Assembly (NCBI GenBank): GCA_051294905.1
Contig: CM119372.1
Span: 32,180,001 to 32,244,000 of the forward strand
From: Botryllus schlosseri
Taxonomy: Eukaryota
Direction of reading: 5' to 3'
Length of the DNA: 64,000 bases
Shown here: piece by piece, positions 13,600 to 25,809 of the stretch
Layout of the letters: every line of letters begins with the position of its first letter
Numbering within the stretch: the first letter of the stretch is position 1
The notes under the pieces: model-generated
Seen by the model: only the letters and a program-made list of their open reading frames with translations
What the model was told of the DNA's origin: nothing
Databases searched by the model: none
Position numbers and translations under genes: made by a program

Positions 13600-13770
13600 T
13601 CACGGGAGAAAATTCGCCATCTCATCCGCGAAAGCGGTGTCTCACATAAAGCCTAGAAGTGGACCGTGCTATAAGTCGGCAGTTACTAACATAAATGAAG
13701 AATATCGGCCTGGTGTAAATGAACATAGTAGTCGACAAGCACCATGAATACCACAAAACAAACAAACAGG
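13600..13770 (+). mobile_element. 5'-truncated SINE (family S2)
   Basis: Matches the 3' half of 36978-37250 (GCCTAGA...GTGCTATAAGTCGGCAGTTAC...GTCGACAA.CACCATGAATAC) plus an AC-rich tail. Confidence 0.75.
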
Positions 13771-14633
13771 AGAAAATGGATTTCGTGGCGATGTTTCAAT
13801 TCCTGCATTGGGACAGATTAGGAAAAACTTTCAGTAATTTCTTTTTCAAACGACGGTTTACTAATTTTCTGAGACGGACAACTCGAAATCCAAAATGCTA
13901 TCTCCAACATTTCATTTTCCACAAACCCCAAGAAAACATCTCCACACAGCAATATGTTTGCATCGGCAGGCTATTGGTAATTTGACAATGAAAATGAGTT
14001 TGCACAGTCGGATATTTCATCTCAGGCGATCATTTTAATGATGTGAGTCCTAAAATTTCAGCAATTATGAAGCAAAACTGTCTCATGATTTTCTTAACCT
14101 ATTTTTTTTAATTGAGAAAAGCATTCGGTTTGAGCATTTATTCGATACACGAAAACAGAAATAAATCCTAAGGTAAACGTGTCACGTTGCATTCTCTATT
14201 ATACATTGTCGCTGTTTTGAGATGAAATGAAATTGGGGTTGTTATCCCGAAGAAGGTATTTCTGATTGCCATCGTCAAACCAACGTCTACCTACACTAAT
14301 TGGAGTCCAGCTAACACAAAACAAGATTCGCTCACCACTCGACGTCAACGTAAACTAGAGTTAACATATATTTGTGACACAAATTCCGGACGCTCTTTAG
14401 CGCCCACTAGAGGATTCAAAATGATGTATGAGCGCATTGTCGATCAATATGACGTCACACCAGAAAACTTTGTCTATGGATTAGAGGTGGTCACGATCCG
14501 GTTCAGGGGTATGTGGTTGTGTGTTGTAAGATGTAACCAGGGCAGACGCCTGCACATTTTTTCAGTCCCCTCCCGCACAAATAAACACTGATTTAGGGCC
14601 CACCGTATAGGGTAATCGCCGCAACGTCTAGGG

Positions 14634-15506
14634 CAGGGGTGGGCAAACTTTTGAGCTCGCGGGCCGCATTCGACATCTGAGTCCATTCGCGGGCCGCACT
14701 ATAGAAAATTGGCATCATAAACCAAAACGCAATATTGCTGGTATTTGATTATATAGTGAGGACATGGAGATAATATATATGCTTGTTTGAAACAAACCAA
14801 ACATTGCTATGGTGATATCGTACACGCGCCAGAAACTATGGCGAGATGTCATAGGCTGGTCGACCTCAATAACCAATTTGTCAAAACTATAGAGATGAAA
14901 GTCTGTTTTCCCGATTCTTAGAACAGGATTTAAATTTAAATTTGTGAGCAGTGATCTGCTCATAGATTTACTAATTCCGCTTTGGGTTCAGTTCCAGGAC
15001 ACACAATGCTGACAGCATCATTGCCATGTCAGCTTCAAACATGCTTCTACTATATATGTGTAGATTTCGCGTCCCCTTATCGTCATATCACAAAACGCAA
15101 CCAGGATGCTATAGCAAACCTAACGGATAGTTTGGTGGCATGGGAGGTTACGACTATTGATGAGAGATTTAAATATGAAATTCATACTAAATACAGAGCT
15201 AAAATTAAGATTTGGAAGTAAATCGCGCGAAGCGCGAAAAAAATTTCAGTCGAGCTCAGCTACGCGATTCCCTTTAGATGCTTTCATGAACCATAGGGGC
15301 ACGCGTCCCCCAGGTTGAGACCCAATGCCTTATAATTATCATGGCGAAATATACTAAGAAAAAGTTTAATCAAAGCCCTGCATTAATTCGATTTTTAGTA
15401 CGCATTTTATCAATATTTTTAATAAGTTACTTTAGACCCGCGCGGGCCGCACAGAACGGTGTTGCGGGCCGCAAGCGGCCCGCGGGCCGTAGTTTGCCCA
15501 CCTCTG
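14634..15506. mobile_element. hAT-type MITE
   Basis: TIR CAGGGGTGGGCAAACT / AGTTTGCCCACCTCTG; perfect TSD GTCTAGGG; GCGGGCCGC motifs. Confidence 0.88.
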
Positions 15507-16740
15507 GTCTAGGGGCTTGCTATATGCATCTGGTCGTTAAATGATTCGAGTGAGTTCCGCCCACATGATCAGAGTTAGCGGTAGAGCTAGTGGAGGACGA
15601 TGACTTCGACAATGCAAAGAACGTAATTGAACATCGTTAAGTAATCTTCATGTCACAACGACCTTTTATGGTCGCGACTTCATTTCTAATTTGACGTGGC
15701 CCTGCTCCAAATTTGATAAGCTGATTACTAATTGAAGATCGGCACATTTGCCCAGACTTACTCACGACGTATTTTGGAAGCTGATTACGTTCAACATCTT
15801 CGCGAACCGTATAGAATAAAGGCAAACTACCCCTAGATTTAAAACCACTATCTTTGAATAAAGCATCCTAAACCAAATCTATGGATATACCGTTATCTTG
15901 TAATTGCGATTACAATTAGACTTAATTTTGCAAATGAATTATATATTTATTTTTTTTTATCACAGTTTCTGCCAGGGTGATAGTCCCCTTATTAAAACCA
16001 ATATATGTGACACTAAATAGCACGCGGCGCGGATTAAAATTTCATGTAGCGTAAATTTGTCCAAAAACAATATTGTTTGTGTTAATTTATGAAAATATTA
16101 TGAGTTTATTTCAAGTCTTCAAAATTCCAGACATTTTGGCATATTTTAGAAATTCCCCCCGGATGCAGTTTTAACAGTGAAATTCCGGACATGTCCGGGA
16201 AATTCCGGACGTATGGCAACCCTATCGTAAACGTATGAATGAAACTAAAATGTTCGCAAGATGCGTTTATGCCTACGCAATTTCAGAAAAAAATCGTCAA
16301 AAGTTCTGGATCTTGCTAACTTTACTAGAGAATCGCTATAGATAAAAACGAATGTGATCGTTATCATATGGCGCCACTTGACTTCACAATGAAAATCTAA
16401 AGACAAATCTGATATTGCCTTCACGTCTGTGCACGTGTCTGTATATTGTGAGCAGTCATATTTCAGAGCGGCCAAATTTGGAGGAACTATTATCAATGCG
16501 ATTTTAATAGTCTAGTAGAATTTCGTTAAAAAAACTCGGAAATGATTCATTAAGTTGCAAAAGGAATGTGTAGATTGGATGCCTAACCAAAATTAGCCCA
16601 CAATTCTTATTCCCTGCTATATCTAACTCGATTCTATCACTTCCTTGATATCGGGATATGCAAATTTTATTACAAGCCGGTTGGGTATGACAAGCATGGG
16701 TAAAACACGCAGACAGGGCACTCGAAGAGTAGGCTTTGAT

Positions 16741-17163
16741 TAGGGTTTCATTTAAAACAAACGGTGTTTTAAAACACTTTGTTTAAAACATGTTGTAAAC
16801 ACCGTTTTAAACAAAGGCCTTTATAAAAATTGTTTTTTTTATGGTGTAAAATTATGCCACATTTGCGGCAATACTCACCAAAATATATGTCGTATGAGCC
16901 TACGGACAAATACTACCCGATATAGCCGAATTATATCGATATGTGATGGTTAGAACCCTCAAAATAGTCGGTGCAACAGCAATAGTACAGATATTTCGTC
17001 AAAGGAGCTATATTTACCCTATATTTACAATTGTCATTGTCAAATCATTATGATGTCACAATTGGATATTCGTGACGTCATGTATAAAAAAACGCGTTGT
17101 AAACAAGGGCCTTATTTTAAACATGTTTGTTTTGAATTGTTTTTTGTTTTAAATGCACCCCTA
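16741..17163. mobile_element. hAT-type MITE family B, uninterrupted copy
   Basis: TSD GCTTTGAT / GCTTTGAC; collinear with 1666-1862 plus 5000-5228. Confidence 0.85.
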
Positions 17164-17807
17164 GCTTTGACTATGCGAAATGCACAAACATCGTTTCAAG
17201 AATTTAAAATCAAGAATAATAAACCGCAACAATTAATAGTAATTAGCTACGGTGATCGAAGGCCTATTATTAAAATATAATTGACTCTCGCATCGCAATC
17301 ATTACGAAGATTGTGGGTGGGCAATTGAGCACCTTGCCACATGTCGTACGAAGTGTGATTTTAATGAATTTTTCAAACAAAATCTTGTACCAATTCTATA
17401 GGGAATTCGAAAGACTATTGAGATTATGAGTAAATATTAAAAACTATTTGACTACAAGGCAGTCAGGCAAAATAGCGTGTGTCTTAATATCGAGGCATCC
17501 AGAGTAGGGAGTGTAATAATCGGAGCGCGTGAGAGAGCGAGTGTCAAGCAGCGCGTATCATGTACCAATTATATAGGCTATCAAAATATCGAAGCATTCA
17601 AACTAGCGCGCTATTCCTCTGAGCTTTGACATGACGATGATGTAGTGACTTAGAATTGGTACAAACTATTGGTAAATTGTTGAATTTAAACAAAATATTC
17701 AATGTGTTATTAATTATCTTACGCCTACCTTAGTTTATATATGCTTACAGCCTGTGTTTCACCGATATTAATGTCGCATGCGAAAATACATAGCTCAATG
17801 GATATAT

Positions 17808-20287
17808 CAGAGGTTTCAAACACGCGGCCCACGACGGCTTTTGTAATTTCAAGTATTCAACAATATATTCAGGTGACATATATCTTTTTTGAGATATAAG
17901 AATTTAAAGTTCACGCTAAAGCTACGATAAAATCACTGAAATCTATACAAACGTCACTATCACATCACTTTTAAAAGCTACCATGCGGTACAAGATGAGC
18001 TATTACGTCACATTTCTAGTTCATGATGATAACACATGACCCGTTGATGATTCGTGACTGAAAATTGTAATCCGGTTTGGTGCGACCTTCTCGTAAAATT
18101 AGTCGATTTCGGATTGACTGGGTGATTAAATAAATGTCTCGAGTTGAGTCGGTTCAAACGTTAAAATTAGAGGACTTGCGAGTCGGAACGGTGACTTGGC
18201 AATCCTACGGACGCAACGAAACTGTCATGGGGAATAGTAGTATATCAAAAGGTCGTAGCTTGGGTTGCGCAGGGTATATAGCTATATAGACAGGTCAGTA
18301 TGGCAACCATTGGTATTCTGTGACCCAGTGACGTAGGGGAGATGTGGTACCGATGGATCAAAAATTGGAAAATGATGGCTGGCCCCAAAATGTTCAGCCG
18401 AAAACAGCAGATCTTTTGCTGGCTCAGCACTTTGATACAAGCTCTACCTATCGCGCACACATACATGAATATCCGTCTTTTCGAAAAATATTTATGAGCG
18501 TTCAAAATTTGTTGCTCGAACGTATCATCGGTCCCCACCCTGTGGGTCCAATGGCACACGACCCGGGGACCTATGAGACATACTCTCAAAAACTCAGATG
18601 TGACAGCTTTTCTTGCTGTGTATATTATAGTCCAAGCTACAGCAAGCCAAAGAAGAACGTTTGATCGCAACCGTCAAAAAATAGAATTATTATTAACTCA
18701 AATGTTGCCATAAAATCACTTTTCGATTTAGACTCGATCTTATAAATTTGAGGGTACATTCATATTGCCCGAAAATCGACATTGTGACTTCCAAATACCT
18801 AGTTATAGCGATAAAACATCACATGCAATTATTACATAAAGATCTTCTGTACGTAGGCATGTTTCAGTTGTTCCAAAATTAGTATGCTTGATTATTTTGC
18901 TTGATTTGGCTATTGTATCATCGGTCCCCACCCTACGAATTTTATACATGAATCGAAAAAAATTCCACTCAAGGAAGTTATTGAATAAAATAATATGTGC
19001 CATTATATAGCCTGATACAAGCCCTACACTTCATAATAAAAATGATTGCTGGTTTGTTCGTGTTGAAGGTTACAAAGAAAAATGTATGAGTCGATTGAAA
19101 TTTAGTTTACACCCCCCAAAACAGAAAACATCTGTCAGAGACCCCATAGCTCCCGCACGTCGAAATTTTTTGTATGTGAGGAAAGATTTAGCCAGCATGC
19201 AATTGTAGACAAGCTCACGGAATGTAATCATGGAATTATCATAGAGAATTTTTCAAGTATTTTCGGTCCCAGTGATCCATCGGTACCACATCTCCCCTAT
19301 AGTTGGTTACATGCTAGGTGCTGTTGGTTCTCTTCATCCATGTTATTATCGGTGACGAGTAAGGTAGTAGAACGCTCTACAGCTGTAACACCAATGAATT
19401 CTTCGCCATTTGGACATTTCTATTCTAGGGGTTGTTAACCAGAGTCCGTAGACCCCATCGGGGTACGAAGCACCACATCAGTGTGTAAAAGATGCATTGT
19501 GGAATTAGGCCTATATGCTGTGGAATATTTTCTTGGCCAATTCGGTCAACTGGAAGATAGTCTTCGCGCTACGCGCGCTGTTATGTGTACGGGCTTTCTG
19601 ATTTTAATACAGGTACCATCAGGAATTGTGATGATAATGGACAGGGGTTACGAGAAATCATATTGGAAGCATAAGGGGTACGATCGCTAAAAAGGTAAAG
19701 AAGCAACGCTATTACTATGGATCAATAATGCTTACATTTAAGTTGTTATTGATATGTTCCAATAATAATCGAAAGCAAAATCTAACGCTGATTTAATTCA
19801 AGTTTGGCAATGACAGTAACATTAGCGTACTTATCACGACTTTATCAAAGCCAGGATTAGGCTACACCGCTCAAATGCTTTGATATCAGATCAATCTTCA
19901 GTAGATTATAAAATATGTCACATAAAATTGTGGCACGTCAAAGGTCCACTAGCTGCAGCATTATAACCCGACAGTTTTCCGATGTCATGATGCATCCTCT
20001 CGCATGATGTCTATACCTCATTGTCATTAATTGAAAAATTATGCCCGGCACGAAAACAATTTTATTCAAATATTTGAAAACGTGATCGTTTTCCGTGTCA
20101 AGCGTGGATAGTACAATAGTAAATTACATTTCCCCGATGTTTGTGGAATGCCTGTCTGCAAGGTCCCGTCAAATAAGGCGTACTTGAGAACTATACATTG
20201 GATATCCCTATTATTGATGCTGCGGCCCGTGGTGTCATCAAAAACCAGAAAATTTGCCCACGAGCACATTCGAGTTAGAAACCTCTG
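17808..20287. mobile_element. hAT-type family A copy with nested insertions
   Basis: Ends CAGAGGTTTCAAAC / GTTAGAAACCTCTG; TSD GGATATAT / GGATAGAT; homologous to 8-1523. Confidence 0.82.
18336..19297 (+). mobile_element. TA-flanked ~960-bp non-autonomous element, Tc1/mariner/pogo-like (family F)
   Basis: TIR GGGGAGATGTGGTACCGATGGATCA at both ends; TA TSD; other copies at 20297-21254 and 57428-58372. Confidence 0.9.
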
Positions 20288-20296
20288 GGATAGATA

Positions 20297-21254
20297 GGGG
20301 AGATGCGGTACCGATGGATCACTGGGACCGAAAATACTTTGAAAATTCTCTATGATAATTCCATGATTACACTCCGTGAACTTGTCTACAATTGCATGGT
20401 GGCAAAATCTTTCCTCACATACAAAAAAATTCGACGTGCGCGAGCTATGGGGTCTCTCACAGACGATTTTTGTTTTGGGGGGTCTAAACTAAATTTAGAT
20501 CGACATATACATTTTTTTGTGTAACCTTCAACACGAACAAACCAGCAATCGTTTCCATTGTGAAGTGTAGGGCTTGTATCAGGCTATATAACGGCACCTA
20601 TTATTTTTTTCAGTACTTTCCTTGAGTGGACTTTTTTCAATTCATGTATAAAATTCGTAGGGTGGGGACCGATGATACAATAGCCAAATCAAGCAAAATA
20701 ATCAAACATACTAATCATGAAACAAATGAAAGATGCCTGCGTACAGAAAATCTTTATCTAATAATTGCATATGATGTTTTATCGCTATAACGAGGTATTT
20801 GGAAGTCACACTGTCGATTTTCGGGCAATATGTATGTACTTACAAATTTATAAGTTCGAGCGTAAATCGAAACGTGATTTTATGACAACATTTCAGTTAA
20901 TATTTATTCTATTTTTGACAGTTGCGACCAAGCATTCTTCTTTGACTTGCTGCAGCTTAGATTATAATACTGAGCAAGAAAAGTAGTCACATTTGAGTTT
21001 TAGGGTATATGTGTCATAGGTCCCCGGGTCGTGTGTCATTGGACCCACCGGGTGGGAACCGATGACACGTTCGAGCAATAAATTTTGAACGTCCATAAAT
21101 ATTTTTTGAAAAGACGGATATTCATGTATATGTGCGCGATAGGTAGTGCTTGTATCAAAGTGCTGAGCCAGGAAAAGATCTGCTGTTTTCGGCTGAACAT
21201 TTCGGGGCCAGCGATCATTTTCCAATTTTTGATCCATCGGTACCACATCTCCCC
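20297..21254 (-). mobile_element. Family F element, inverted relative to the 18336 copy
   Basis: Same TIRs, TA TSD, reverse-complement collinear with 18336-19297. Confidence 0.9.
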
Positions 21255-21413
21255 TACTACTAACGGTAACGCCTTTTCAGAAAATTTACTCCTGCTGTAG
21301 CCGCTATTGAATATTTCGCATCAAATCGCCAAGTTGACGCATTTCGAAATCAATTAATCAACGTCGTAATTTAGTAAACAAGTCAATCCAATAAGGTCAT
21401 TACTGCAACAACC

Positions 21414-23564
21414 TTATTTCGGGCCATCTTTCCTTTGTCTCCGTATGAAATCTCGAAGATAATTTTTCGTCTCACCGGGCAGTGCGACCTCATCAATACA
21501 TGCAATACTTGAAGTGCGCTCCTTATCATCCATAATAGACAATATATGCTCTGCAGCGGTCGCAACATAGTAAACCATCTCCCTTGGTCGTTTCAGCGCC
21601 TCTTGAAAGATCTTTGACAGGTTCCCCGTATCGCGTAACTTAAACAAATCGTTTCCAATGAGTTCGTGGTCAGATTGCCTCGCTCCTTGTGAATGTACGA
21701 CGATTAATGTGTTGAGCAAAGCGACTATCATCTCCCAATGGTCATTTGACACTGCTTTCCCCACAATCGCACGAGCTTCCTCCGATTGTGTTATCAGCCT
21801 AAGTTTTAGTGAGTTGAGTCTGGATAAGCAGTCATTCACCGCTATCTCGATGGTGTATGCTTGGGAAAGTAAATCCGTCTGTTTAATGTACAATTGGCAT
21901 ATATCGACTAGTTCGTCCTTGCAGTCATCTATCTCACCACCATTCTCACACTCACTTAACCGAAAGTTTGGCATCGCGCCGCGGAAATGACCTGGAAATT
22001 CGGAGTGGAAAAACTGCTCGGCCGGAATACTTTTGCCGTCGAAATGTACGATCAATCGTCCTTTGGTCTTCAGTTTTGCCAGGAAGTCGTTGAACATGAG
22101 GAACCTGTCTAAAATTCGATTCATTGTTGACTTACGCAACATGTAGTACAGAAGATTCCGTCCGTGAGTGTCCAGTTGGTTTAGCAGAACACCATGATAA
22201 TCATCGCGACGGTAAGAGAGAGAACAATAAAATAATCTCCAGTTTTTCATTTCTATTAGTTTGTCTCCAATTTTGCCGATATCTCGCCCTTCCAATATGT
22301 CGTCATTGGGTTCATGATCGATCCGTCCGCAAATATTTTCAAGACATTTAAATACGATGTAGTCTGCATCCATGGGCTCGTCATTAGCGTTTATCTTAGT
22401 ATTGTTTTCTCCACCGCATAAAACAGCATCACACGCCGCTATCACACAAACCCAGAACATAGTATCGCTCGACATCCGGGATTTCAGGATTCTGAAATAT
22501 TCCATATCCTGTGCGACTATGGCTGTATCTGTCTCTGCCAGCATTTTGTTTACAAAGATGCAGCTTCTAGTTACGAAGTGACAAAATGAAATTATATTCT
22601 TTGCTTGACATTTGTCTATCCCCATCATTACGATAATGAATATGATGCGCCTAGTCAAGCTATTCAGATGCAAGGTGCGGTACGTATCCCAAACTCTTTC
22701 ATCACTATTGCCGGACGAAAAGTTTTTTTTGTAGCTTCTGCGCGCCTGTGCCAGAGTATACAGAGCGACTGTCATTGTAAGGGACTGCATTGCTACAAAG
22801 ACCCCGAACCCCAATTGAAGCAAACCGATAAAACTCGATGTTTTATCGACGCACGTTAGAGTGTTGGAAGAATTGCCTGTCCGTAGTTGAAGAAGCTCAT
22901 TTGGAATTATACAAGTTATGATTAGGTTTACGGAAGGTGCTTGACTTAACGACGCATGGAAAACTAATGCACTGAAAATTGCGGTCCAGGCGAGAACAAT
23001 ACTACATCTCCTACTGTAGACCACCCATATGTTAGTATTGTCATATTGGTCAGAAGGTAAGTAACCGCCATGTCTGAAAAGTGTCTGTATATTTCTTCGG
23101 AGAATGCGATGCTTGTCCTTTGAGTCAGCCGTTATCGGTATTACACACGAATTTTGCATCTCTACGGCGGTTATGTTCAATTCCAATATGCTCCGCCCAA
23201 TTTGAGAAATATCTGTGAGCTCTTTCTTGACACCTGTAGCATGTGTCCAGTAATTGGTAACAATAAACGTGACAATGTACGCCACAAAGGCAATCAAATC
23301 ACCGTATCGAATGTGCCAAGGAACGCACGTGTAATTACAATAAGAGTTGACAGTGTCGAACTGAGACCCGTCCAAAACAAGTGGTTCGTTTCGCACATTA
23401 CTTTTGGGCAGGCAGTTGAATTCCATCACAGGAAAAAATGCTGACAAGAACACTACCGCGAGACTGCCCTTAAAGCAATATTCTCTGCAGGTCTCCCACC
23501 ATGGCTTCATTCTCAGATTACCGAGTGTATCCTCCACGCTCAACAGATCAGCAATTAGTGACAT
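21414..23564 (-). CDS. LRRC8/pannexin-like 4-TM large-pore channel protein lacking LRRs, with ankyrin-like motifs and a C-terminal SOCS-box-like segment (~716 aa, single coding exon)
   Basis: Only long ORF in the window; first ATG at 23564 (gaaATG). Motifs collinear with LRRC8A: MKPWWE ~ LKPWWD; FNCLP ~ MICLP; LDGSQFDTVNSYC..VPWHIRY ~ LDRHQYNYVDAVC..LHWFAKY; TNYW ~ SNFW; YSRR ~ YMRQ; YTL....RRSYKK ~ YTL....RRSLKK. Four hydrophobic segments and four extracellular Cys. Confidence 0.88.
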   Translation of the reverse strand: MSLIADLLSVEDTLGNLRMKPWWETCREYCFKGSLAVVFLSAFFPVMEFNCLPKSNVRNEPLVLDGSQFDTVNSYCNYTCVPWHIRYGDLIAFVAYIVTFIVTNYWTHATGVKKELTDISQIGRSILELNITAVEMQNSCVIPITADSKDKHRILRRNIQTLFRHGGYLPSDQYDNTNIWVVYSRRCSIVLAWTAIFSALVFHASLSQAPSVNLIITCIIPNELLQLRTGNSSNTLTCVDKTSSFIGLLQLGFGVFVAMQSLTMTVALYTLAQARRSYKKNFSSGNSDERVWDTYRTLHLNSLTRRIIFIIVMMGIDKCQAKNIISFCHFVTRSCIFVNKMLAETDTAIVAQDMEYFRILKSRMSSDTMFWVCVIAACDAVLCGGENNTKINANDEPMDADYIVFKCLENICGRIDHEPNDDILEGRDIGKIGDKLIEMKNWRLFYCSLSYRRDDYHGVLLNQLDTHGRNLLYYMLRKSTMNRILDRFLMFNDFLAKLKTKGRLIVHFDGKSIPAEQFFHSEFPGHFRGAMPNFRLSECENGGEIDDCKDELVDICQLYIKQTDLLSQAYTIEIAVNDCLSRLNSLKLRLITQSEEARAIVGKAVSNDHWEMIVALLNTLIVVHSQGARQSDHELIGNDLFKLRDTGNLSKIFQEALKRPREMVYYVATAAEHILSIMDDKERTSSIACIDEVALPGETKNYLRDFIRRQRKDGPK

Positions 23565-25809
23565 TTCAGTAGAACCCGCAGAGCTCGTATAATGGACTGA
23601 TCTTAAATAATACGCATTAAAGCTGTTAGATTTTTCGAATCGAATGGTAGTTTGGACAATCAAAATGAGCTCGCACCAAATACAATCAAGTGTAGGACTT
23701 GATCTAGCTGGCTCCGGCGGATATTGTATTGCATCAGTTGCCCATGGGTACTGGAAATTTGCACGAACTTATGACATGATAACTTCTATCGCATGAATGA
23801 TCATAAATATACTATAGTACAGTGCGTTATATATAAGTGCGGCACTACTTCCAGTTGTTTGGTACGATAATTTCACTTCTACCACGCTAGCACTATTTTG
23901 TCACCTTTGACTGTTTTCAATATTTACTACAAAAACTGGGTTTTGAATCGTTTGATGGAGGATAGCGAACGTCGGGGAGTATTTGAGGTTATACTGAAAA
24001 TAAGGTACTATATATATCGCACGTCCGACTATGCAGCCGTTATGGTTTGGGGTGATATAATACCTTACTTCCGAAAATATTTCGAGTTTACGACATCATG
24101 TCCATATTGCACGCTGCCTTAGTAATCCGTAAAACTACCTACGACTAACCGTCATTTTGTAGGATTCACTAGGTAAAAGAATATAATTGTAAATGATCCA
24201 TTCAATTACACAGCCATACTATAAACAGCAAATTATTTAACGAAACGTAACAGCATAACAAGGAGATCTATAACGAAATCACACAACGTAATGAAGACAT
24301 GCCCAGCAAACACAAAACCGTAAAAGGATCATCCGGGATCATCTCGATTAGGTTCTGATTTTCTAAGTGTCGAGGGAATGTCTAAAATACGTAGTAGGAT
24401 GGTCTTGTGGTTATATTCAATCAGAATAAATTCATACTCGGTGTTGTTCCATCTCATGCATTAGGCTTCGTTATATCCGGTAGTTAACCTAATAATGCAA
24501 ATTTTCTATCTCTCGCGGGTACGACTAAAATACGTAGAAAGGATGACTTTGTCGGTACATTCAATCACGATGAATTCTATCCGGTTTTGTTCGATCTCAT
24601 GCGGTAGCTTCGTTCTATCCATTAGAAAACAATGTTCTCCCTTCGTTTTATTGCGTGAGGATGTCACCGGTGTTGTATATTCGTGTTGTTGCTCTAAGGT
24701 CGAATAGTTTTGTTTTTCTCTGATATATATGATCTTCATTATATATATATTCGCTCTTTCGGTAATCTCGCATGTTCAACGAGTATGGTTAATAGTTTTA
24801 TTTAGAGAATAACTAAATAAGTGATATGTTGTACGTTTAGGAATATGATTATCGATGCGTGACTTCTAGAATATTTCGGCGATTCAAATTTTACGTCATC
24901 GCGCCATAAAAAGATTTGAAGCGCAACAGGTCGCAGCCAGGCATAGTTCGCTCTTTCTGTATGGTAAATGCCGTAAATATATAGGAATTGTGACTGACTG
25001 AGGTAGCGGGTTAAAGGTATATATGCAGTAGCATATAGCTTATGGGGTATTTCGAATTGCCTGTAGTATATGACGCCTAGAGCTGTTTGACTTTCTGCAA
25101 AACAGGTGTAGATAACTATAGAAAAGTTTCAGCTTTTCCAGGTTAGAATTAGAGCTAAACCGTTTTTCCGAATTAGATTACAATTATATTGCTGGCATTT
25201 CGCTCTAATTTAGTGAAATTAGACCACTATAATTCGCTTCAAACATCTGAATTACCGGTACCTATACCTACGGTATATCATAATATTTATGCTTGAATTT
25301 TCTAGGTATATAAGTCATATAGATACATTCCTGTAGAACACTGATTCATGATTTTATAAAAGTTGGTGCAAGAATGGACATTTTCAACTTGATGTTGATT
25401 AATGGAGCAAAATTTGATATTTGAGTGCAATTATACCTCGAATCCAGTGACAAGATTATTAATCGTTGAAACCAAACGCAGCTTGATTATGTTGGCCCAG
25501 AGAATTTGGCTAGCCAGACCATATTGATGGAATATGGTCACAGTAAGATAATATTTTGGGCTATTTTACATGAACTTTCTGACATTTGATTTGATATGTC
25601 CACTAAAACAGTTGTTATTCTGCTTTCGAATAAGACCTTAATTGCTGGTTTCAATGGTAACTGTGTTTGTCAAAGGCTGCAAAGGTAATTTCTTTTCCTT
25701 GTTAGATGTTTATTTGTTTGTTTGTGGTGTTCATGGTGGTGGTTCGACTACACTGGTCATTTTACACCAGGCTGGTTCTTATTATTATTATTCCGTATCT
25801 GCCCGATTA

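Noticed and set aside
18245..18670. Recurring ORFs MVPMDQKL... (18344, 20962, 57428) as a gene family
   Set aside because: They start inside the TIR of family F MITE copies, have inconsistent ends and show no recognisable domain
21600..21950. CARD/death-fold domain in the channel C-terminus
   Set aside because: Helical pattern is superficially similar, but ankyrin-like and SOCS-like motifs fit better; unresolved without a structure search
21658..23592. Plus-strand ORFs overlapping the channel gene
   Set aside because: Short antisense shadows of a real coding frame with no independent features
23565..23663. 33-aa N-terminal extension of the 749-aa tracked ORF
   Set aside because: Begins at TTG; the ATG at 23564 gives an N-terminus the same distance from KPWW as in LRRC8 proteins
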